From assembly GCA_023228825.1 (NCBI GenBank), contig JALOAL010000003.1, positions 198,958 through 262,957 of the forward strand: a stretch of 64,000 nucleotides of DNA, read 5' to 3'. The translations under genes were made by a program, and so were the position numbers. This DNA is from Dehalococcoidia bacterium (lineage in GTDB: Bacteria; Chloroflexota; Dehalococcoidia; UBA2979). The notes under the pieces are model-generated. The model saw only the letters and a list, made by a program, of their open reading frames with translations. It ran no database searches and was not told the origin of the DNA. Shown here piece by piece: positions 1 to 9,436 of the stretch; position 1 is the first letter of the stretch, and each line of letters begins with the position of its first letter.

Positions 1-5
1 GGCGA

Positions 6-1877
6 GTGACCACGGCAGAACTGTCAGCGGACGGCTCCTACGCCCGGGTCGTCGGCTCTGGTGGCGACCGCATCTTCGGCTACCTCAAGCGCTACAAGTG
101 GCCCTACCTCGCAGGGTTCGTCGCGCTGCTCGGCGCCACCGTCCTCGCCCTGCTGCCGCCACTGGTGGTGAACTGGGCCGTCGACGACATCGACCGCACG
201 ATCCGAGGCGTGGGCGGGGACATCGGCGCGGCCGGCCTGCTGCGGTACGCGGCGCTCATCGCCGCCATCGCGCTGGCGGAGGGTGTGCTGCGCTACTTCT
301 CGCGCTGGGTGGTCTCCGGCAGTTCGCGTCGCATCGAGTACGGCCTGCGCGAGGACCTGGCGAACCACCTGCTCCGGCTGGACCAGGGCTTCTACGTGCA
401 GGCTCGCACCGGCGACCTGATGTCGCGCCTGACCAACGACCTGCAGGCGGTGCGAGACTTCCTGGGCCCCACCGTGGTGGACATCACGCGGTCCATCGTG
501 ATCCTGGTGGCCGGCTTCGCCTTCATGTGGGCGATCGACCTGCGCCTCACCCTCATCGCCTTCGCCTACCTGCCCGTGGTCATCCTGCTCATGGCCTACT
601 TCGAGACGAACATCGAGAAGCGGTTTTTCGAGGTGCAGGACCAGATAGCAGAACTGACCGAGCGCTCCCAGGAGAACATCTCCGGCATCCGCGCCATCAA
701 GGCCTACGCCCAGGAGGACGCGGAAATCCGCACCTTCGCCCGCGAGAACGAGGAGATGCGGCGGCGCTCCATGCGCCTGGGCAAGTACGAGGCCGCCCTG
801 CTGCCCTCCATGATCGTGCTCACGCAGGGCGGCACGCTGCTGGTCCTCTGGTTCGGCGGGCACGACGTGGTGGACGGCCGCATCTCGCTGGGCGACTTCA
901 CGCAGTTCTTCCTCATCCTCACCATCCTCTCCTCGCAGTTGATGGCGGTCGGCTGGATCGTGGCTTCCGCGCAGTTGGGCGTGGTGGCCATCCGCCGCAT
1001 CAACGAGATCTTCCGCACCACCTCGGCCATCGCGGACGGCCCCCACACCACCTCGCACCTCCGGGGGGACGTGGAGTTCCAAGGCGTGACGGTGCGCTTC
1101 GGCGCGGCCGAGCCGATCCTGCGCGACGTCAGCCTCCGCATCGCCGCCGGGAGCACCGTGGCCATCGTGGGCGCCACCGGGCAGGGCAAGACCACGCTGG
1201 TGAACCTGGTGCCGCGGCTCCTCGATCCGGTGGAGGGTTCGGTGCTGGTGGACGGCGTGGACGTGCGCGAGTACCGGCTGGACGACCTGCGTCAGCAGGT
1301 CGGTTTCGTGCCGCAGGAGTCGTTCCTCTTCTCCGAGTCGCTGCGTGAGAACGTCTCCTACGGACGTCAGGACGCCAGCGACGAGGACTACCAGGGCGCC
1401 CTGGACATCTCCCAGTTGTCGAACGACCTGCAGCAACTCACGCAGGGCCTGGACACAGTGATCGGCGAGCGAGGCATGACGCTCTCCGGCGGCCAGAAGC
1501 AGCGTGCGGCCATCGCGCGGGCGTTGCTGAAGGACCCGCCGGTCCTCATCCTGGACGACGCGCTGTCCCACGTGGACACGCACACGGAGGAGGAGATCCT
1601 CCGCCGCCTGCGCACCTACATGCGCGGCCGCACCACCATCCTCATCGCCCACCGCACCAGCACCCTGCGCTCTGCCGACCGCATCGTGGTGCTGGAGGAC
1701 GGCGCGATTGTGGAGCAGGGGTCGCACGCGGACCTGATCGCCCGGGACGGCGTCTACGCACGCATCTACCGCGAGCAACTCGCGCTCGAGAGCCGCTCGG
1801 AGGACGTGGACGCCCGCCTCGTGGAGCGCGAGCACGCGCCGGACACGCCGGCAGACGGGGAAGGAGGCGCCCCGTGA
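6..1877 (+). CDS. ABC exporter fused permease/ATPase subunit (heterodimer partner with degenerate catalytic site)
   Basis: Six-TM N-terminal domain then NBD. Walker A GATGQGKT, signature LSGGQKQR, Walker B LILDDA with Asp replacing the catalytic Glu, H-loop IAHR. GTG start at 6 may be the true start or the ORF may continue upstream of the window. 4-bp overlap with next gene. Confidence 0.85.
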   Translation: MTTAELSADGSYARVVGSGGDRIFGYLKRYKWPYLAGFVALLGATVLALLPPLVVNWAVDDIDRTIRGVGGDIGAAGLLRYAALIAAIALAEGVLRYFSRWVVSGSSRRIEYGLREDLANHLLRLDQGFYVQARTGDLMSRLTNDLQAVRDFLGPTVVDITRSIVILVAGFAFMWAIDLRLTLIAFAYLPVVILLMAYFETNIEKRFFEVQDQIAELTERSQENISGIRAIKAYAQEDAEIRTFARENEEMRRRSMRLGKYEAALLPSMIVLTQGGTLLVLWFGGHDVVDGRISLGDFTQFFLILTILSSQLMAVGWIVASAQLGVVAIRRINEIFRTTSAIADGPHTTSHLRGDVEFQGVTVRFGAAEPILRDVSLRIAAGSTVAIVGATGQGKTTLVNLVPRLLDPVEGSVLVDGVDVREYRLDDLRQQVGFVPQESFLFSESLRENVSYGRQDASDEDYQGALDISQLSNDLQQLTQGLDTVIGERGMTLSGGQKQRAAIARALLKDPPVLILDDALSHVDTHTEEEILRRLRTYMRGRTTILIAHRTSTLRSADRIVVLEDGAIVEQGSHADLIARDGVYARIYREQLALESRSEDVDARLVEREHAPDTPADGEGGAP

Positions 1878-3658
1878 GTTTTTACGAGGAAGACGACGCG
1901 ATCGGCAAGGTCTACGACTCCCGTCTCGCCGGCCGGCTGCTGACCTACCTGCGCCCGTACCGCCTCCAGGTGGTGGCGTCGCTACTGATGATGTTCGCGG
2001 TGGCCGGCCTGGAACTGGTGCCCACGCTCATCGTGCGGAGGGCGATCGACCACCAGATCACCCCGGGCCAGACGGATGAACTGCCGGTGCTCGCGGCGGT
2101 CTTTGCCGCCACGCTCGCGTGCATCTTCACGCTTCGGTTCGTGCAGATGTACCTGATGTGGTGGGTAGGGCAGCACTTCATGCTGGACCTGCGCATGCAG
2201 TTGTTCACCCACATCCAGCGCATGTCCGTCTCCTTCTTTGACCGCAACCCGGTGGGCCGCCTCGTGACCCGGCTCACGGGCGACGTGCAGCAGATCGAGA
2301 TGGTGATCTCGCAGGGCGTGGTGCAGATCCTGACCAACCTGCTGATGGTGGGCGCCATTGTGGTGGTGCTCTACTACCTGAACTGGCAACTGGCGCTGAT
2401 CATGACCGCGTTCCTGATCCCGCTGGTCTACCTGGTGCGCATCTTCGCGCAAGCCCAGCGCCAGGCCTTCCGCGACCAGCGCATGTGGATGGCCCGCATC
2501 AACGCCTACCTGAACGAGTTGATCACCGGCGTGGCCATCATCCAGTTGTTCAACCGCCAGCGACGGAACATGGAGTACTTCGACCAGCGCAACCGCGGCG
2601 CGTTCGACGCCAACATGCGCGTGCTGTTCTGGTACGCGGTCTTCGAGCCCACGGTGGTCATCTTCAACGCCGTGACCCTGGGCACCATCCTGTGGGTGGG
2701 CGGCATGAACGTCCTGGACGACGCGCTCACCTTCGGCACGCTGGTGGCCTTCATCACCTTCATGCAGCGCTTCTTCTGGCCCATCCGCGAACTCTCCGAG
2801 CGCTACACGATGATCCAGGGCGCCATGGCCTCTGCGGAGCGCATCTTCGGCGTGCTCGATGAACCGGAGGAGGTCCTGGACGAGGAGGACGCCCGCGAAC
2901 TGGAGGGCGTCCGCGGCGACATCCGCTTCGACCACGTCTCCTTCGCCTACAACCCGGGCAACTGGGTGCTGAAGGACGTGGACTTCACCATCCCCGCCGG
3001 TCAGAAGGTCGCCATCGTCGGCGCCACGGGCGCGGGCAAGTCCACCATGATGGCCCTCCTGTCCCGGTTCTATGACGTGCAGCAGGGCGAGGTCCTGGTG
3101 GACGGCGTGCCCATCCGTGAACTGCGCCAGCGCTGGCTGCGCCGCCACGTGGGCGTGATGCTGCAGGACCCGTGGGTGGTCTCCGACACCGTGGAGGAGA
3201 ACATCCGCCTGCGGGACCCCTCGATCAGCACGGAGCAGATCCACGCGGCTGCGGAGGCGGTGGGCGCCCATTCCTTCATCGAGCGCCTGCCGGAGGGCTA
3301 CCAGACGGTGCTGGCGGAGCGCGGCGCGAACCTGTCCACCGGCCAGAAGCAGTTGATCGCCCTGGCGCGCGTGGCGGCGTTCAACCCGGCGATCGTGCTC
3401 GTCATGGATGAGGCGACCGCGAGCATCGACCCGGAGACGGAGGACATCATCCAGCGCGGCCTGAACCGCGTGATGGCCGGGCGCACGGCGATCATCATCG
3501 CCCACCGCCTGAACACCATCCGCTCCGTGGACCGCATCATCGTCCTCCACCTGGGCGAGGTGGTGGAGGACGGCTCGCACGAGCAGTTGATGGCCCTGGG
3601 CGGCATCTACGCCCGCCTGTACGAGTTGCAATACCAGGTCCAGTCCGCCACCTCCTGA
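1874..3658 (+). CDS. ABC exporter fused permease/ATPase subunit (canonical catalytic site)
   Basis: TMD plus NBD. Walker A GATGAGKST, signature LSTGQKQL, Walker B VLVMDEAT with catalytic Glu, H-loop IAHR. ATGA overlap with upstream subunit, so a heterodimeric exporter of TmrAB/Rv1272c-1273c type. Confidence 0.85.
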   Translation: MSFYEEDDAIGKVYDSRLAGRLLTYLRPYRLQVVASLLMMFAVAGLELVPTLIVRRAIDHQITPGQTDELPVLAAVFAATLACIFTLRFVQMYLMWWVGQHFMLDLRMQLFTHIQRMSVSFFDRNPVGRLVTRLTGDVQQIEMVISQGVVQILTNLLMVGAIVVVLYYLNWQLALIMTAFLIPLVYLVRIFAQAQRQAFRDQRMWMARINAYLNELITGVAIIQLFNRQRRNMEYFDQRNRGAFDANMRVLFWYAVFEPTVVIFNAVTLGTILWVGGMNVLDDALTFGTLVAFITFMQRFFWPIRELSERYTMIQGAMASAERIFGVLDEPEEVLDEEDARELEGVRGDIRFDHVSFAYNPGNWVLKDVDFTIPAGQKVAIVGATGAGKSTMMALLSRFYDVQQGEVLVDGVPIRELRQRWLRRHVGVMLQDPWVVSDTVEENIRLRDPSISTEQIHAAAEAVGAHSFIERLPEGYQTVLAERGANLSTGQKQLIALARVAAFNPAIVLVMDEATASIDPETEDIIQRGLNRVMAGRTAIIIAHRLNTIRSVDRIIVLHLGEVVEDGSHEQLMALGGIYARLYELQYQVQSATS

Positions 3659-3837
3659 CGACCGCCGGGCCGCCTCTCTTGTCCGGCCCCCTCTCCTGCC
3701 TACGGGAGACGGGTTGGAGTGAGGGGCTGCGGGCCGCGAACGGCCGGACACGCCTCGGAAACCAGGCGGGGGCGGCGGGGGTGCGTGGTCGCGCTAGACT
3801 GCCTCGCAACCAGAGGGGCACCCGCGGGGAGGTCAGC

Positions 3838-4512
3838 ATGGAACTCAAGTCACCAGACGAGACCGGACTGTTCGAGGCGCTCTACTCCACGCGCGCCCTG
3901 CGGCGCTTCAAGCCGGACCCCGTGCCGGACGAGGTGCTCTTCCAGGTCATCGACGCCGCCATCCGCGCGCCTGCCGGGAGCAACCAGCAGGTGTGGCACT
4001 TCCTGGTGGTGCGCGACGAGGCGAAGCGCAAGGCCATTGGCGAGGCGTACTGGCAGACCTGGACGTCCTACGGCAAGCAGTATGTAGACGACCCCAGCGC
4101 CATCGACCGGCTGCCGCGCCAGATGCGTCTGGTCGTGCGCTCCACGGACCACCTGGCGAGACACATCGCGGAGGTGCCGGTGCACCTCTTCGTCTGTGGG
4201 CCGGCACAGGCCGCCGGCACCATCTACCCCGCCGTCCAGAACGCGCTCCTCGCGTGTCGAGGCCTGGGCCTCGGCTCCGTGGTGACCGCGTTCCATCGAG
4301 GCCACGACGCCACGCTGAAGCCGCTCCTGGGCGTGCCGGACGACGTCACCCTCCACGCCCTGCTGCCCATCGGCTACCCCGAGGACAAGATCGGCCCCGT
4401 CGGACGCCGCCCCGTGAAGAAGCACGCAAGCCTGGACACCTACGGCGAGCCATGGCCGTTCGCCGAATCCCAACCCGACGAGGGCTGGCACGAGCGCTGG
4501 GTGCACGAGTAG
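3838..4512 (+). CDS. nitroreductase family protein
   Basis: Nitroreductase-fold motifs (LYSTRALRRFKPDPVPDEVLFQVIDAAIRAPAGSNQQVWHFLVV). GGGAGG SD before ATG at 3838. Track ORF from 3679 has an unsupported N-terminal extension. Confidence 0.7.
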   Translation: MELKSPDETGLFEALYSTRALRRFKPDPVPDEVLFQVIDAAIRAPAGSNQQVWHFLVVRDEAKRKAIGEAYWQTWTSYGKQYVDDPSAIDRLPRQMRLVVRSTDHLARHIAEVPVHLFVCGPAQAAGTIYPAVQNALLACRGLGLGSVVTAFHRGHDATLKPLLGVPDDVTLHALLPIGYPEDKIGPVGRRPVKKHASLDTYGEPWPFAESQPDEGWHERWVHE

Positions 4513-4632
4513 CGGATCACGGCGGCCTTCCGGCCTGCCCCCCCCCGCAGGGGAGGCGCCTCGCCCGACAGTCGCCTGCCGAACCTTCCGGCCCCCTGTG
4601 TACGCCTCACCCCCCTTCGAGGACTGACGCTC

Positions 4633-5448
4633 CTACTGCCCGGTGAACTTCGGCGCGCGCTTTTCGACCCAGGAGGCGCGGGACTCGGCGACGTCCTGGG
4701 GGGCCTTGCGGGCGTAGTCCAGGCCGTGGAGTTCGTTGCGGAGCGCCGTTTCGAGGTCCACCGTGAGGTTCCACTGCGTTACGCGCTTGCCGGAGCGGAT
4801 GGCCAACGGCGGGAGCGCCGCGATCTGCTCCGCCACCTCCATGGAGGCGTCCAGCAACTGCTCCTCCGGCACCAGGCGGTCCAGCAGGCCGATGCGGTAC
4901 GCCTCGTCCGCGTCCACCATGCGGCTGGTGGCGATGAGGTCGATCGCGCGCGAGTAGCCCACGATGCGCGGCAGGAACCAGGACATGCCGGAGTCCGGCG
5001 AGAGCGAGCGCTCCGCGAAGACGGTCTTGAATCGCGACAGCGGGGTGCCGACGCGCAGGTCGCATGCCAGGGCCAGGCTCATGCCGGCGCCGGCGGCCAC
5101 GCCGTTCACTGCGGCGATGGTGGGCTTCGTCATGCGGTAGAAGGCCACCGCTTGCCGCCCCACCCACGAGAGCGTATCCAGCCGCTGGCCCTGCGACGGC
5201 GCCTCGTCCGAGCCGCCCACAGCCGGCGCGGTGGGGCGAGGGCCGGAGAGGTCGGCGCCGGCGCTGAAGCCGCGTCCGGTGCCGGTGACGATCATGACGC
5301 GCAGGTCGTCGTCCGCCTCGATCTCGGCGCAGGCGGCGCGGGTGTCCTCCTGCAGTTGGCGGTTGAGCGCGTTCAACTGCTCCGGCCGGTTGAGGGTCAC
5401 CACCCCCACGTGCCCGTGGCGTTCCAGTGTCAGGTGCTCGTAGGTCAT
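4633..5448 (-). CDS. enoyl-CoA hydratase/isomerase (crotonase family)
   Basis: MTYEHLTLERHGHVGVVTLNRPEQLNALN...GTGRGFSAGADL crotonase signature. Internal ATG at 5448 chosen because the 130-residue upstream extension of the track ORF is Arg/Ser-rich junk. Confidence 0.8.
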   Translation of the reverse strand: MTYEHLTLERHGHVGVVTLNRPEQLNALNRQLQEDTRAACAEIEADDDLRVMIVTGTGRGFSAGADLSGPRPTAPAVGGSDEAPSQGQRLDTLSWVGRQAVAFYRMTKPTIAAVNGVAAGAGMSLALACDLRVGTPLSRFKTVFAERSLSPDSGMSWFLPRIVGYSRAIDLIATSRMVDADEAYRIGLLDRLVPEEQLLDASMEVAEQIAALPPLAIRSGKRVTQWNLTVDLETALRNELHGLDYARKAPQDVAESRASWVEKRAPKFTGQ

Positions 5449-5542
5449 GTCTCGGTCTCCCCCCGGACGCCCCGCGTCCACTCGGCGGCAGCATACAACT
5501 CCGCCGCGCCCGATTTCCGCCTTCGTCAGACGCGGCCAGAGA

Positions 5543-6454
5543 CTACGCCTCGGCAAGCAACTCCCGCACCCGCCCCAGCCGCTCGATGCTCTTGAGGGCC
5601 AGCGCCTGGTCCGGGACCAGGTTGCGCGCGAGCACCTCGGAGTAGCCGTGCGGGGCGAAGGCGCGCAACTTGCGGGCCACCGTCTCTGCGGAGCCGTAGA
5701 TCGCCACGCCGGGGGCGAAGCCTCTGTACCCCCGGTCGAGGATCGGCCGTGCGACCTGCTCCGCCTCCTCGTCCGACTCGCCCACGTAGATGTCGCGGCG
5801 GATGGCGACCACGGCGGGCTCGTCCAGCACGGCACGGTGCTGCATGAAGCGCGTCGCCATCATGGCGGCGTCCTCGATCGAGACGCCGGGCGCGGCCAGC
5901 CACCCATCGCCGAGGCGTGCCGCGCGTTCGAGGGCGGCGTCCGCCTCACCGCCGATCCAGACCTCGACGCCCTCGGGCGGCAGCGGGGCGATGCGGGCAT
6001 CGGTGAAGGAGAAGCGGCGCGACCCGCTGACCGTCTCGCCCGCCCACAGGCGACGCATGATGTCCAGGGACTCCTCGAACATGGAGGGCCGGAAGTGCGG
6101 GTCGATGCCCATGCCGGAGAACTGCGCGTCGGCCGGGCCCACGGCGCACTGCATGATGAAGCGACCGTCATGGATCGAGGCCAACGTGCCGACCTGCTCG
6201 GCCAGCAGGACGGGGTGCCACAGCGGCAGCAGGAACAGGCAGCCCGCCGGACGCCCCTGCCACTCCGCCAGGATGCGGCCCATGATCGGCACGTTCTGGT
6301 AGTACTTCCCGGGCCCGGTGACGTGGTGGTCACCCACAAAGAGCGAGTCCAGGCCGGCATCCCGCGCTGCGGCGGCACGCTCCACCATCCAGCGGGCGCC
6401 CTCCCGCGCATCCTCCACCCGGTGCGCACTCGATAGCGACATTCCCACGCGCAT
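5543..6454 (-). CDS. LLM-class (luciferase-like) flavin/F420-dependent oxidoreductase
   Basis: Luciferase-like monooxygenase fold pattern (GLDSLFVGDHH...; LWAGETVS...; GGEADAALERAARLGDGWL). Confidence 0.75.
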   Translation of the reverse strand: MRVGMSLSSAHRVEDAREGARWMVERAAAARDAGLDSLFVGDHHVTGPGKYYQNVPIMGRILAEWQGRPAGCLFLLPLWHPVLLAEQVGTLASIHDGRFIMQCAVGPADAQFSGMGIDPHFRPSMFEESLDIMRRLWAGETVSGSRRFSFTDARIAPLPPEGVEVWIGGEADAALERAARLGDGWLAAPGVSIEDAAMMATRFMQHRAVLDEPAVVAIRRDIYVGESDEEAEQVARPILDRGYRGFAPGVAIYGSAETVARKLRAFAPHGYSEVLARNLVPDQALALKSIERLGRVRELLAEA

Positions 6455-6630
6455 GCTGGCGCCTCCCTCACTCCCCCGCGCTGCGGAGGCGCCAGTGTAC
6501 GTATCGAGGCGGCCCCCAGTTGTGGCGGGGACAAAGTCGGCGGCGGCGTGCGTACAATTCGTATGTGATTCCGGCTACGGGAAGCATCGCGGCTTCCGCA
6601 CGCAGCGGACTCGCAGACGCGGAGGACGGG

Positions 6631-7890
6631 ATGGCGGTCAGGCAAACGGTGGCGCGCGTGGTGCGCCCGGTGGTGGTGCGCGGGCTCCTCGCGAAGGAGC
6701 GCCTCAAGACCGGTGTCACCTTCAATCCCCTCTCGCGCCAGTGGCGTGACGACCCCGTCCCGCTGTTCGAGCGCCTGCGCGAGAAGGACCCCGTCCACTA
6801 CTCGGAACTGATCGGCGGCTGGGTGGTCTCCCGCCACGAGGACGTGGACGCGATCCTGCGCGACCATCACCGCTTCTCCAGCGACCCTCGCCGCGGCCCC
6901 AACGCAGACGTGCTGGCGGCGCTGGAGGTCACCCAGAGCATGCTCAACCTCGACCCGCCGGACCACACCCGCACCCGCTCGCTGGTCACCCAGGCCTTCA
7001 CCCCGAGGGCCATCGAGGGCTGGCGAGAGCGCATCGAGGCGGTCATCAGCGACCTGTTCGCCGAGATCGGTGAGGCGGCGGAGTTCGACGTGATGGAGTG
7101 CCTGGCGGTCCCGCTGCCGGTGGTGGTGATCGCGGAGATCCTGGGCGTGCCGCCTTCCGACCTCCCGCGCTTCAAGGCGTGGTCGGACGACATCGCGCGG
7201 ACGCTCGAGCCCTCCATGTCCGCAGAGGACGGCGGCCGCGCCCAGCGGGCAAGGCAGGAACTGGGGGACTACTTCGGGGCGATCATCGAAGCACGGCGTG
7301 CGGAGCCACGGGACGACCTCATCACGTCGCTCGTGCAGGCGGAGGCGGCGGGCGAGCGGCTGACGCACGATGAACTGCTCGCCACGCTGGTGCTGCTGCT
7401 GGTCGCCGGCAACGAGACCACCACGAACCTCATCGGCAACGGCACGCTGGCGCTGCTCCGGCACCCCGAGCAGCAGCGCTGGCTGCGCGACCATCCCGAG
7501 CAGGTGGAGTCCGCCGTGGAGGAACTGCTGCGCTTCGACAGCCCGGTGCAGATCAACGGACGCACCACGCTGGTGGAGGTGGAGGTGGGCGGCAAGCGCA
7601 TCCCCCCGCAGCGCCAGGTGATCCTGCTGCAGGGTGCGGCGAACTACGACCCGCTGCGCTGGGAGCGGCCGCATGGCCTGGACCTCTCGCGCGGCGACAA
7701 GGGCCACCTCTCCTTCGGCCGCGGCATCCACTACTGCGTGGGCGCACCCCTTGCGCGGATGGAGGCGCAGATGCTCTTCCCGAGGATGCTCGCGCGCTGG
7801 CCCAACCTGCGCCTGGCCGAGCGGGACGCCTCGTTCCGTCCAAACGTGGTGCTGCGCGGCCTGGAGCGCCTACCCGTGCGCGTCGATTAG
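6631..7890 (+). CDS. cytochrome P450
   Basis: Heme-binding loop FGRGIHYCVGAPLAR, EELLRF (ExxR), AGNETT I-helix. ATG at 6631 chosen over the TTG at 6520. Confidence 0.85.
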   Translation: MAVRQTVARVVRPVVVRGLLAKERLKTGVTFNPLSRQWRDDPVPLFERLREKDPVHYSELIGGWVVSRHEDVDAILRDHHRFSSDPRRGPNADVLAALEVTQSMLNLDPPDHTRTRSLVTQAFTPRAIEGWRERIEAVISDLFAEIGEAAEFDVMECLAVPLPVVVIAEILGVPPSDLPRFKAWSDDIARTLEPSMSAEDGGRAQRARQELGDYFGAIIEARRAEPRDDLITSLVQAEAAGERLTHDELLATLVLLLVAGNETTTNLIGNGTLALLRHPEQQRWLRDHPEQVESAVEELLRFDSPVQINGRTTLVEVEVGGKRIPPQRQVILLQGAANYDPLRWERPHGLDLSRGDKGHLSFGRGIHYCVGAPLARMEAQMLFPRMLARWPNLRLAERDASFRPNVVLRGLERLPVRVD

Positions 7891-7935
7891 CCTCGTCACT
7901 CAGAAGCAGAGGACTGGAAGCAGAGGAGCCCGTCG

Positions 7936-8148
7936 ATGTGCCGTTCGATCAAGCGCCTGCGCGCGGCCAGGGGCAGCGAAGACGCACCGCCCACTCCCGA
8001 GGAGATCGAGGCGGCCGCCCTCCAGTTCGTGCGCAAAGTGAGCGGCTTCCAGAAGCCCGCCGCCCATAACGCCGCCGTCTTCGATGCCGCCGTCGCAGAC
8101 ATCTCCGCCACCACGGAACGGCTCCTGGCCTCCCTCCAGGTGCGCTAA
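7936..8148 (+). CDS. DUF2277-like small protein
   Basis: 70 aa MCRSIKRLR...EEIEAAALQFVRKVSGF.KP pattern typical of DUF2277-family proteins. Sits between P450 and the LuxR-M23 gene. Confidence 0.55.
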   Translation: MCRSIKRLRAARGSEDAPPTPEEIEAAALQFVRKVSGFQKPAAHNAAVFDAAVADISATTERLLASLQVR

Positions 8149-8245
8149 GCCGGCCCTGCGGGTCCGAGGCGCAGACCGGGCGCGCCTCGATCCGAACATT
8201 TGGTCGGCTAGTGCATCGCCGCGACGGACGCGGCATGCTCCCCGC

Positions 8246-9436
8246 ATGCAACAAGACGCCACCGAGCAGGTCGAGTCGATCACCGACCGCCAGCGCGAGG
8301 TCGCCCGCCTGGTCGCTGAGGGGCGCTCGAATCCCGAGATCGCGGATGCCCTGGGCATTTCGCTGGCCGGGGCGAAGTACCACGTCTCCGAACTCCTCGG
8401 CCGTCTCGGGGTCGAGCGCCGCGAGGATGTCGCCGCCTGGTACCGCGAACACGGCGGCCCCGCCACGGCCACGCGCGGCCGCTGGTCACGCCTGCGCGCC
8501 CTGTGGCCTCTGGGCGCGCTCACCGCCGTCGGCGTGCCCCTGGCGCTGCTCGCGGTCGCCCTCGCGAACGGCCGTGTCGAGGAGGCACCGGAACCACCGG
8601 CGATGGCGGCGATGGCGGCGACGGAGATCGTCGAGCCCACGCCCGTCCCGACGGAACCAGTGCCCGGTGCGACCGCGACCCCGGACCGCCTCCCGATCTT
8701 CTTCGAGTACGAGGTGCGCGAGGGTGACACGCTCGCCGCGATCGCCTCGAGGTTCGGTGTCGGCGAGGAGCACGTGGCCTGGAACAACCCTGGCGCCGAG
8801 GACGATGACGACATCGCGCCCGGCCAAGTCCTCCAGATTCCGAGCGTCTCGGGCATCATCCACTCCGTGCGTGCCGGCGAGACCGTCACGGAGATCGCCG
8901 CGCTCTACGACGCCGACTGGCGCGACATCATCGGGTTCGAGGCCAACGGGCTCCGGGGTGACCCGAACGACTTGCGCCCGGGCGCCCTCATCCTCGTGCC
9001 GGGCGGGCGGATGATGCCGCTCACCGTGGTCGCGCCGGACCGGCCGGCTGCGGGCGGGATCGATGCGGGAGCAGCGGGGTGGCTGTGGCCGGTACCCGGC
9101 TCGGTGATCCGCCTCTTCGGACCCGAGCACCCCGTCGGCGTGGACATCGCGGCCCCGGCCGGCACGCCGATCGTGGCGTCCAGGAGCGGCGCCGTGCTCT
9201 TCGCAGGCGGCAACCCATGCTGCTCCTACGGCTACCACGTCATCATCAACCACGGTGAGGGCTACGAGACGCTCTACGCGCACCTCTCGGAATTCGCCGT
9301 CGCCCTCGGACAAGACGTGGCTGCGGGCGACACCATCGGCTGGGTGGGCAGGACCGGCCGGACGCCCGAGCCGCACCTCCACTTCGAGGTCCACCGCAAC
9401 GGCATCTACCAGGACCCGCTCGCCTACCTCCCGTAG
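8246..9436 (+). CDS. membrane-anchored LuxR-type HTH / LysM x2 / M23 metallopeptidase fusion protein
   Basis: N-terminal GerE/LuxR HTH (EVARLVAEGRSNPEIADALGISLAGAKYHVSELLGRLGV), one TM helix (LWPLGALTAVGVPLALLAVALA), Pro/Thr linker, two LysM-like segments (REGDTLAAIASRFGV...; RAGETVTEIAALYD...), C-terminal M23 motifs (HPVGVDIAAPAGTPIVA; HLHFEV). Confidence 0.75.
   Translation: MQQDATEQVESITDRQREVARLVAEGRSNPEIADALGISLAGAKYHVSELLGRLGVERREDVAAWYREHGGPATATRGRWSRLRALWPLGALTAVGVPLALLAVALANGRVEEAPEPPAMAAMAATEIVEPTPVPTEPVPGATATPDRLPIFFEYEVREGDTLAAIASRFGVGEEHVAWNNPGAEDDDDIAPGQVLQIPSVSGIIHSVRAGETVTEIAALYDADWRDIIGFEANGLRGDPNDLRPGALILVPGGRMMPLTVVAPDRPAAGGIDAGAAGWLWPVPGSVIRLFGPEHPVGVDIAAPAGTPIVASRSGAVLFAGGNPCCSYGYHVIINHGEGYETLYAHLSEFAVALGQDVAAGDTIGWVGRTGRTPEPHLHFEVHRNGIYQDPLAYLP

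Noticed and set aside
24-3751. Long antisense ORFs (24..1835 minus, 1982..3751 minus, and many similar ones throughout) opposite clear genes
   Set aside because: Arg/Gly/Ala/His-rich composition with no motifs. These are shadow frames expected at about 70% GC. The sense-strand genes have unambiguous family signatures.
4513-4632. C-rich stretch (run of about 9 C) between the nitroreductase and crotonase genes as a regulatory element
   Set aside because: Lies between convergent gene ends. Too short and irregular to call. Possibly just a GC-rich terminator region.
7900-8889. 329-aa minus-strand ORF opposite the DUF2277 and LuxR-M23 genes
   Set aside because: Ser/Ala/Arg-rich with no motifs. 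Both sense genes have recognisable domains.
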